Source: Octopus sinensis
Lineage: Eukaryota
DNA length: 64,000 bases
Direction of reading: 5' to 3'
NCBI RefSeq assembly: GCF_006345805.1
Contig: NW_021831985.1
Location: 186,001-250,000, forward strand
The notes beneath the pieces are model-generated. The model ran no database searches. It was not told the origin of the DNA and worked only from the letters and a program-made list of their open reading frames with translations. Below, piece by piece: positions 26,955 through 37,600 of this stretch. The translations under genes were made by a program, and so were the position numbers. Each line of letters starts with the position of its first letter. Position 1 is the first letter of the stretch.

Positions 26955-27369
26955 GGTATGGATCATACTGTTTATCCTTTTCATCATAAAATACAAATGT
27001 GGCTTGTGAAATCTCCATTCAGGTGATTTTCCTCCCGCTTCACCGCCAATCCATCACAAGGTTATCCATTTACAGCTGAATGGACTAGAGCAGCCGGAAA
27101 TGATGTATTTTACTCAAGAACACAACACACAGGCAATCTGGGAATTGAAACGATGATCTTGCAATCATGGGTACAACACCCTAACCACCAGGCCATGCTG
27201 GTACACACTCAGATATCCTAAACCACAGAAAGGCTACTCAACTAACACTAAGTTACAAATAGACAAGCTCCAACCTCTCTCTACTAATATAGTCTCTTCA
27301 TCAGTGCTGGATAGACTCATACCTCTACTCAGGCACACTCTGTCCAGTTACCCATGTTCTGCGCTAACC

Positions 27370-27530
27370 ACTTTCAGCTTCTGTCTACCAAATCCACTCA
27401 CAAAGCTATGCTCAACCTGGGGCTTTAGTAGAAGGCACTTGCCCAAGGTTTCATGATGTGGAACTGAACTTGGAACCATGTGGTTGACAAGTTAACTTCT
27501 TAACAACAGCCATGCCTGCACCTAAATAGG
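27370..27530 (-). mobile_element. SINE family 2 head fragment
   Basis: tctaccaaatccactcacaaag..cacttgcccaagg..ggaactgaac..cagccatgcctgcacc. Confidence 0.65.
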
Positions 27531-27565
27531 TGTGTATACACATATCTATATATATATGTATACAT

Positions 27566-27626
<61 letters not shown>

Positions 27627-28280
27627 TATATTTAAATACATATATATATATGTATATATATTCGTAAGGAGTTTTTATCAACTGTCATAAAGTAGTAGGT
27701 ATGTACCATGAGTGCTCAGTTCAGTTTACCACTAAAACTCCAATTCAAAATGCAACTAAAAATGCGTGTTGAGATTGCCTATCAGAGGTGGCTAGAAGTG
27801 GTTTCTCCTTGAGCAGGTGGATATAAATTAAAATAAAACAGAAAACACAAAACTTTTGGCCTCACTTGAAAAATCACTTAATTTAGATAGAGAATATAAG
27901 CATATAGAGTCTCTATATGTTTATATTCTCTATCTAAGTTAAATGTCTTTCTCAAGTATTGCCAAATGTTTTGCTTTCTCATTTTCACATTAATCTATAC
28001 ATACATATTCTTTTACTAGCTTCAGTCATGCTGGAGCACCACCTTTAGTCGAGCAAATCAACCCCAGAACTTATTCTTTGTAAGCCTAGCACTTATTCTA
28101 TCAGTATCTTTTGCTGAACTGCCAAGTTACAGGGGCGTAACTCAAGTTGTCAAGTGATGTTGGGGGGACAAATTATTATATATATATAATAATAATGATA
28201 TTAGGGAATATTATTCCAAACTTACAGGGAAAAATTCAATTTAGTAATACTAAATCAAATTTCACAATATATAATACAAG

Positions 28281-28557
28281 TATATAAATTAGAGGAGAAC
28301 CACCTTTTATCAATTCAACAATGATATCATTAAATCATACCATATAGAAAAAATTAAATATACGATAAAACATATACCAATAATTAAGTACAAAATAATA
28401 AATAAAAAGTATATAATTGGTAAATTATATATATATACTTAATTATTGGTATATATTTTATCATATATTTAATTTTTTTCTATATGGTATAATTTAATTG
28501 TATCATTATTATTTCATTGTTGAATTGATAAAAGGTGGTTCTTCTCTAATTTATATA
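28281..28557. repeat. Fold-back inverted repeat, ~110-120-bp arms, 45-nt spacer
   Basis: 28281-28390 pairs with 28436-28557 (ccaccttttatcaattcaacaatga / tcattgttgaattgataaaaggtgg). Confidence 0.85.
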
Positions 28558-28571
28558 TGTATATATATATA

Positions 28572-29815
28572 TAGGGGTTGGACAAAATAATGGAAACACC
28601 TTAAAATTGCAAACAAATTTATTTTAATATGGCGTAAGACCGCTTGAATTCTATGAGGTATGGACTCGTACAAAGTTTGAATTGTTTCCAAAGGCATTTT
28701 TGTCCATTCTTCAGCGTAAACAGTCTCCAGTTTTTGTAATGATGATGGTGGAGGATATCAACTCCTTACTTGTTTTCTAAAATGCACCATAAATGTTCAA
28801 TAATATTGAGATCTGGGGGCTGTAGTTGCCAGATAAGATGTTCAACTTCGCTAGAATGTTCCTCGTGCCATTCATTAACACCTTAACTGTGTGAATTGAT
28901 GCAGTATCATCCTGAAAAATTGCGTTTCCTTCCGGAAACAGTTCCGCAACCATAGGATGAATTTGATCAGATAAAATGCTTAAATAGTCTTAACCATAAA
29001 TTTTGTCATGAAGGGAAACAATTGGGCCAGCAGATTTCCAAGATATAGCACCCCCAGATCATCATAGATTCTCCTTCATGCTTAACAGTTGGAAGAAGGC
29101 AGTCTGGGTGAAATGCTTCTTTTGGCTGTCTCCATGTGTATACTCAGCCGCTGGTCAAAATAAGGTAAAGGATGACTTGTCCAAGAAAATAACATTCTTC
29201 CACTGCTCTTGGGACCAATTGTGTAAAGTTTTTACTCCGCTCTAAATGCTTTGCAACATTTGTTTCTGAAAGTAGTGGTTTTCTGATTGCAGCCCTCCCA
29301 TGAAATCTGTCTTTGTGCAGCTCCTGGCAAACAGTTTTTGTGGAAACTGTGTTCTCAAGGTGGTCATTAAGCTCTGCAGTAATTTTGGGAGCTGTACTTT
29401 TGTGATCCTTTCTAACAATTCACGTAAGAGTCCAACAGTTCCTATATGAAAGTTTTGGTTTTCTTCTGGAGTTTTGTTTCAATGAGCAGGTTTTTCATTC
29501 TTTCTCAAAGGCTGTCATTACTTTCAAGACAGTACTACTTCATACACCAAACGATTCAGCTGTTTTCATTATGCTAGTGCCTGCCATACGAGCACCAACA
29601 ACTTGACCACTTTGAAAGGCAACAGATCTGTCATTTTAATGAATTTTAATTACCTTTTTCTGATGATGCCTGAAAAGAAACAGCAATTTTAGCGAAACAT
29701 GTTAAGCAACACTAATAATAAATCAAAAAACATAAAAACAAACAAGCTTTTGACAGTTTTATAGATGTTTCAAAATTATGATGCTAGGTGTTTCCATTTT
29801 TTTGTCCAGCCCCTG
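28572..29815 (-). mobile_element. Tc1-like DNA transposon, decayed, 1.24 kb
   Basis: TIRs aggggttggacaaaataatggaaacacct / aggtgtttccatttttttgtccagcccctg, TA flanks; minus-strand remnants EQWKNVIFLDKS and AIFQDDTA. Confidence 0.85.
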
Positions 29816-29940
29816 TATATATATATATATATATATATAATTAATCAATATAGGGTGGCAAAAAATTTTGTAGAATTTTTTTGCCACCAGCGGCCTAGTG
29901 GGAAAAAATTAAATAGTCATAGACCATTTTTAAGTTCAAC

Positions 29941-30369
29941 ATCACAATCAAGGAACGGCCATAATAGGCCATTCACCCACTAGAAATAACAGCCAAAGCT
30001 TCAACCGCAAAATAACATCAATTCCGTAAACCAGGAGAAAATTAAAAAACATTTACCCTGTAATTTCTTATACGATGCACCGTTTCATCTACTGTTTAAT
30101 GGTAAACTAGCCTGATTAAATTAAATCAAGCCAATCTTCCATAGGCCCTTAGAATCGTCAGTAAGAAATAGCCAAGTCGGAACAGATATTTTCACGAGGC
30201 ATTTCTGTCCCTGCCTCGGCAATATCTGACCTAAAATTTTCAAATCATCGCACTCGCGCCAAATTTAATTTTCTCCTGGTTTACGGAATTGATGTTATTT
30301 TGCGGTTGAAGCTTTGGCTGTTATTTCTAGTGGGTGAATGGCCTATTATGGCCGTTCCTTGATTGTGAT
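29941..30369. repeat. Perfect 106-bp inverted repeat with 217-bp spacer
   Basis: 29941-30046 is the exact reverse complement of 30264-30369 (checked base by base). Confidence 0.9.
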
Positions 30370-31366
30370 ATATATATATATATATACACACAGAGGTGGG
30401 TACCGTTAATCGAGAAGTTAACTTCGTTCATCGTTAATCTGTAAATTATTTGAAAATGTAACAGAGGTTTACTTTAACTTTTATTGAAAAAAAGGCATAA
30501 CTACAGTTTGATACCTCATCAACATTGTTGCCTCAACTTCCAGAAAAATCAATACTTTTTAACGAAACTTTCACCAAATAATTGATTATATCCTCTACAT
30601 TGAGTGTATTTAAAGATTTGCTGAAAAAACTTTCTTGAGGGGTTGGGGAGAGGAGTTTTGGAAAATTCACAGGACGCGATGTTTTCCCCCTCAAAATTTA
30701 CTGGAAAATGGGTATTTTTTAATGAAATTTTATACAAATACCTTTCAAACGGTGTAGATTATGATTACAAAGAAACTTATAGATAACAGTTTTGGAAGGA
30801 GGCAGGAAGGGAGGAGTTTCTGGAAAACGGAGTTTCAGATCAGACAGCTCATATAAGTTGGAATTTCTCCATTTTGACAGGGATTCTTTCCAATGCTTTT
30901 CACCAAATTCTTCAAAGTGATGATAGGCATCTTTTCCCATAGAAAAACAAAATATATTTTGAATTTTTTTTTTCACTTCCACCACCCCAGTGTCAACTTT
31001 AAGGTTGTACCCTGTGAAATTTATAGTTTAGCGTTTGTGAAATGACCTGTTCATTGTAGGTTTCTAAATAAAGATCCATTTATTTTGTCTCTTCATTGAC
31101 TTCTATTGTTTTGTATGTTTTTACTATTTTATAAAATTTGTTATAGTAATATATTTGTCTGTATGTGTTTGTTCCACATTAGTTTTTACAGATGTACTTT
31201 ATGAAGCCATTGATTTCTACACAGAGAATCAATATGGGTTACATATTTCAGTATTATGTTTACCTGCCATGTATTTGTGTATACCATTAATACATTTGTG
31301 CTTGTGGTTGTATGTATTCATATATAAGTTTATATGTAAATTTATGTATTCATGTGTGTGTGTATG

Positions 31367-31666
31367 TGTGAAAAGGGGGTGTCTGTCTCCAAAACACCAA
31401 AGTTGAGTAACATTTTCATGCTTGGATTTGTAAACTATAAGAATAATCAATCCAATAAATTTCCTAAATTCAGCAGAATCTATTTCTATTCACTTATCTT
31501 TATAGACCCAAGTTCCTTCAGCATTTGTCCATATTTGGATTATTTCCAAGAAATTTGGCTTCATGAACTATATAAATGATGAAAGAGTGGAATGACAAGA
31601 TATACTCGCAAAATGGGAAGTTCCAGGCTGTTGATGTAGGATGGAGTTCTTCTTGTGTTCTTTCGA
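31367..31666 (-). pseudogene. piggyBac (PGBD4-like) transposase remnant, segment downstream of the satellite
   Basis: Translates QPGTSHFASISCHSTLSSFI*FMKPNFLEIIQIWTNAEGTWVYKDK*IEIDSAEFRKFIGLIILIVYKSKHENVTQLWCFGDRHPLF, matching the piggyBac pattern PG......S...F..F....L..I..WTN.EG....W.......EL..FIGL.IL.GVYKS..E.V..LW...GRP.F. Confidence 0.85.
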
Positions 31667-34600
31667 TTGCATTCTTCCTGTGTCCTTTCAGTTTCAGGCT
31701 TATCCTTCAAATAATGCTTTGCATTCTTCATGTGTACCTTCAGTTTCATTCTTCCTGTGTCCTTTCAGTTTCAGACTTATCCTTCGAATAATACTTTGCA
31801 TTCTTCCTGTGTACCTTCAGTTTCATTCTTCCTGCGTCCTTTCAGTTTCAGACTTATCCTTTGAATAATACTTTCCATTCTTCCTGTGTCCTTTCAGTTT
31901 CATTCTTCCTGCGTCCTTTCAGTTTCAGACTTCTTATACTTTGAATAATACTTTGCATTCTTCCTGTGTCCTTTCAGTTTCATTCTTCCTGCGTACTTTC
32001 AGTTTCAGACTTATCCTTCGAATAATACTTTGCATTCTTCCTGTGTTCTTTCAGTTTTAGACTTATCCCTCGAATAATCCTTTGCATTCTTCCTGTGCCC
32101 TTTCAGTTTCAGACTTATCCTTTGAATAATGCTTTGCATTCTTCCTGTGTCCCTTCAGTTTCATTCTTCCTGTGTCCTTTCAGTTTCAGACTTATCCTTT
32201 GAATAATGCATTGCATTCTTCCTGTGTCCTTTCAGTTTTAGACTTATCTTTTGAATAATGCATTGCATTCTTCCTGTGTCCTTTCAGTTTTAGACTTACC
32301 TTTTGAATAATGCATTGCATTCTTCCTGTGTCCTGTCAGTTTTAGACTTATCTTTTGAATAATGCATTGCATTCTTCCTGTGTCCTTTCAGTTTTAGACT
32401 TATCCTTCGAATAATACTTTGCATTCTTCCTGTGTCCTTTCAGTTTCATTCTTCCTGTGTCCTTTCAGTTTCAGACTTATCCTTTGAATAATACTTTGCA
32501 TTCTTCCTGTGTCCTTTCAGTTTTATTCTTCCTGCGTCCTTTCAGTTTCAGACTTATCCTTTGAATAATACTTTGCATTCTTCCTGTGTCCTTTCAGTTT
32601 CAGACTTATCCTTTGAATAATGCATTGCATTCTTCCTGTGTCCTTTCAGTTTTAGACTTATCTTTTGAATAATGCATTGCATTCTTCCTGTGTCCTTTCA
32701 GTTTTAGACTTATCTTTTGAATAATGCATTGCATTCTTCCTGTGTCCTTTTAGTTTCATTCTTCCTGTGTCCTTTCAGTTTCAGACTTATCTTTCGAATA
32801 ATGCATTGCATTCTTCCTGCGTCCTTTAAGGTTTAGACTTATCCTTTGAATAATACTTTGCATTCTTCCTGTGTCCTTTCAGTTTCATTCTTCCTGTGTC
32901 CTTTCAGTTTCAGACTTATCCTTTGAATAATACTTTGCATTCTTCCTGTGTCCTTTCAGTTTCAGACTTTTCCTTTGAATAATACTTTGCATTCTTCCTG
33001 TGTCCTTTTAGTTTCATTCTTCCTGTGTCCTTTCAGTTTCATTCTTCCTGCATCCTTTCAGTTTTAGACTTATCCTGCGAATAATACTTTGCATTCTTCT
33101 TGTGTCCTTTCAGTTTCATTCTTCCTGTGCCCTTTCAGTTTCAGACTTATTCTTCGAATAATTCTTTGCATTCTTCCTGTGCCCTTTCAGTTTCAGACTT
33201 ATCCTTCGAATAATACTTTGCATTCTTCCTGTGTCCTTTCAGTTTCATTCTTCCTGCATCCTTTCAGTTTTAGACTTATCCTTCGAATAATACTTTGCAT
33301 TCTTCTTGTGTCCTTTCAGTTTCATTCTTCCTGTGCCCTTTCAGTTTCAGACTTATTCTTCGAATAATTCTTCGCATTCTTCCTGTGCCCTTTCAGTTTC
33401 AGACTTATCCTTCGAATAATACTTTGCATTCTTCCTGTGTCCTTTTAGCTTCATTCTTCCTGCGTCCTTTCAGTTTCATTCTTCCTGTGTCCTTTCAGTT
33501 TCAGACTTATCCTTCGAATAATGCATTGCATTCTTCTTGTGCCCTTTCAGTTTCATTCTTCCTGCGTCCTTTCAGTTTCAGACTTCTTATCCTTCGAATA
33601 ATACTTTGCATTCTTCCTGTGTCCCTATAGTTTCATTCTTCCTGTGTCCTTTCAGTTTCAGACTGATCCTTTGAATAATACTTTGCATTCTTTTTGTGTC
33701 CTTTCAGTCTCAGAATTATCCTTTGAATAATACTTTGCATTCTTTTTGTGTCTTTTCAGTCACAGACTTATTCCTTGAATAATACTTTGCATTCTTCTTG
33801 TGCCCTTTCAGTTTCAGACTTATCCTTTGAATAATACTTTGCATTCTTCCTGTGTCCTTTTAGTTTCATTCTTCCTGTGTCCTTTCAGTATCAGATTTCT
33901 TATCCTTTGAATAATACTTTGCATTCTTCCCGTGTCCTTTCAGTTTCATTCTTCCTGTGTCCTTTCAGTTTCAGACTTATCCTTTGAATAATGCTTTGCA
34001 TTCTTCCTGTGTCCTTTTAGTTTCATTCTTCCTGTGCCCTTTCAGTTTCAGACTTATCCTTTGAATAATGCATTGCATTCTTCCTGTGTCCTTTCAGTTT
34101 TAGACTTATACTTCGAATAATGCTTTGCATTCTTCCTGTGTCCTTTCAATTTCAGACTTATCCTTCGAATAATACTTTGCATTCTTCCTGTGTCCTTTCA
34201 GTTTCAGACTTATACTTCGAATAATGCTTTGCATTCTTCCTGTGTCCTTTCAGTTTCAGACTTATCCTTTGAATAATACTTTGCATTCTTCCTGTGTCCT
34301 TTCAGTTTCATTCTTCCTGCGTCCTTTCAGTTTTAGACTTATCCTTCGAATAATACTTTGCATTCTTCCTGTGTCCTTTCAGTTTCAGACTTATCCCTTG
34401 AATAATACTTTGCATTCTTCCTGTGTCCTTTTAGTTTCATTCTTCCTGTGTCCTTTCAGTTTCAGACTTATCTTCGAATAATGCATTACATTCTTCCGGT
34501 GTCCTTTCAGTTTCAGACTTATCCTTTGAATAATACTTTGCATTCTTCCTGTGTCCTTTTAGTTTCATTCTTCCTGTGTCCTTTTAGTTTCATTCTTCCT

Positions 34601-37600
34601 GTGTCCTTTCAGTTTCAGACTTATCCTTTGAATAATGCTTTGCATTCTTCCTGTGTCCTTTAAGTTTCAGACTTATTCTTCGAATAATATTTTGCATTCT
34701 TCCTGTGTCTTTCATTTCAGTTTCAGACTTAGCCTTCAAATAATACCTTGCATTCTTCCTGTGTTCTTTCAGTTTTAGACTTATCCTTCGAATAATGCTT
34801 TGCATTCTTCCTGTGTCCTTTCAGTTTCATTCTTCCTGTGTCCTTTCAGTTTCAGACTTATCCTTCGAATAATATTTTGCATTCTTCCTGTGTCCTTTCA
34901 GTTTCAGACTTATCCTTTGAATAATACTGCATTCTTCCTGTGTCCTTTCAGTTTCAGACTTATCCTTCGAATAATGCTTTGCATTCTTCCTGTGTCCTTT
35001 CAGTTTTAGAATTATCCTTTGAATAATGCATTGCATTCTTCCTGGGTCCTTTCAGTTTCATTCTTCCTGCGTCCTTTCAGTTTCAGACTTATCCTTCGAA
35101 TAATACTTTGCATTCTTCCTGTGTCCTTTCAGTTTCATTCTTCCTGTGTCCTTTCAGTTTCAGACTTATCCTTTGAATAATACTTTGCATTCTTCCTGTG
35201 TCCTTTCAGTTTCAGACTTATCCTTTGAATAATGCATTGCATTCTTCCTGTGTCCTTTCAGTTTCAGACTTATCCTTTGAATAATACTTTGCATTCTTCC
35301 TGTGTCCTTTTAGTGTCATTCTTCCTGTGTCCTTTCAGTTTCAGACTTATTTTTCGAATAATGCATTGCATTCTTCCTGTGTCCTTTCAGTTTCAGACTT
35401 ATCCTTTGAATAATACTTTGCATTCTTCCTGTGTCCTTTCAGTTTCATTCTTCCTGTGTCTTTTCAGTTTCAGACTTATTCTTCGAATAATACTTTGCAT
35501 TCTTCCTGTGTCCTTTCAGTTTCATTCTTCCTGTGCCCTTTCAGTTTCAGACTTATTCTTCGAATAATTCTTCGCATTCTTCCTGTGCCCTTTCAGTTTC
35601 AGACTTATCCTTCGAATAATACTTTGCATTCTTCCTGTGTCCTTTTAGCTTCATTCTTCCTGCGTCCTTTCAGTTTCATTCTTCCTGTGTCCTTTCAGTT
35701 TCAGACTTATCCTTCGAATAATGCATTGCATTCTTCTTGTGCCCTTTCAGTTTCATTCTTCCTGCGTCCTTTCAGTTTCAGACTTCTTATCCTTCGAATA
35801 ATACTTTGCATTCTTCCTGTGTCCCTATAGTTTCATTCTTCCTGTGTCCTTTCAGTTTCAGACTGATCCTTTGAATAATACTTTGCATTCTTTTTGTGTC
35901 CTTTCAGTCTCAGAATTATCCTTTGAATAATACTTTGCATTCTTTTTGTGTCTTTTCAGTCACAGACTTATTCCTTGAATAATACTTTGCATTCTTCTTG
36001 TGCCCTTTCAGTTTCAGACTTATCCTTTGAATAATACTTTGCATTCTTCCTGTGTCCTTTTAGTTTCATTCTTCCTGTGTCCTTTCAGTATCAGATTTCT
36101 TATCCTTTGAATAATACTTTGCATTCTTCCCGTGTCCTTTCAGTTTCATTCTTCCTGTGTCCTTTCAGTTTCAGACTTATCCTTTGAATAATGCTTTGCA
36201 TTCTTCCTGTGTCCTTTTAGTTTCATTCTTCCTGTGCCCTTTCAGTTTCAGACTTATCCTTTGAATAATGCATTGCATTCTTCCTGTGTCCTTTCAGTTT
36301 TAGACTTATACTTCGAATAATGCTTTGCATTCTTCCTGTGTCCTTTCAATTTCAGACTTATCCTTCGAATAATACTTTGCATTCTTCCTGTGTCCTTTCA
36401 GTTTCAGACTTATACTTCGAATAATGCTTTGCATTCTTCCTGTGTCCTTTCAGTTTCAGACTTATCCTTTGAATAATACTTTGCATTCTTCCTGTGTCCT
36501 TTCAGTTTCATTCTTCCTGCGTCCTTTCAGTTTTAGACTTATCCTTCGAATAATACTTTGCATTCTTCCTGTGTCCTTTCAGTTTCAGACTTATCCCTTG
36601 AATAATACTTTGCATTCTTCCTGTGTCCTTTTAGTTTCATTCTTCCTGTGTCCTTTCAGTTTCAGACTTATTCTTCGAATAATGCATTACATTCTTCCGG
36701 TGTCCTTTCAGTTTCAGACTTATCCTTTGAATAATACTTTGCATTCTTCCTGTGTCCTTTTAGTTTCATTCTTCCTGTGTCCTTTTAGTTTCATTCTTCC
36801 TGTGTCCTTTCAGTTTCAGACTTATCCTTTGAATAATGCTTTGCATTCTTCCTGTGTCCTTTAAGTTTCAGACTTATTCTTCGAATAATATTTTGCATTC
36901 TTCCTGTGTCCTTTCAGTTTCAGACTTAGCCTTCAAATAATACCTTGCATTCTTCCTGTGTTCTTTCAGTTTTAGACTTATCCTTCGAATAATGCTTTGC
37001 ATTCTTCCTGTGTCCTTTCAGTTTCATTCTTCCTGTGTCCTTTCAGTTTCAGACTTATCCTTCGAATAATATTTTGCATTCTTCCTGTGTCCTTTCAGTT
37101 TCAGACTTATCCTTTGAATAATACTTTGCATTCTTCCTGTGTCCTTTCAGTTTCAGACTTATCCTTCGAATAATGCTTTGCATTCTTCCTGTGTCCTTTC
37201 AGTTTTAGAATTATCCTTTGAATAATGCATTGCATTCTTCCTGGGTCCTTTCAGTTTCATTCTTCCTGCGTCCTTTCAGTTTCAGACTTATCCTTCGAAT
37301 AATACTTTGCATTCTTCCTGTGTCCTTTCAGTTTCATTCTTCCTGTGTCCTTTCAGTTTCAGACTTATCCTTTGAATAATACTTTGCATTCTTCCTGTGT
37401 CCTTTCAGTTTCAGACTTATCCTTTGAATAATGCATTGCATTCTTCCTGTGTCCTTTCAGTTTCAGACTTATCCTTTGAATAATACTTTGCATTCTTCCT
37501 GTGTCCTTTTAGTGTCATTCTTCCTGTGTCCTTTCAGTTTCAGACTTATTTTTCGAATAATGCATTGCATTCTTCCTGTGTCCTTTCAGTTTCAGACTTA

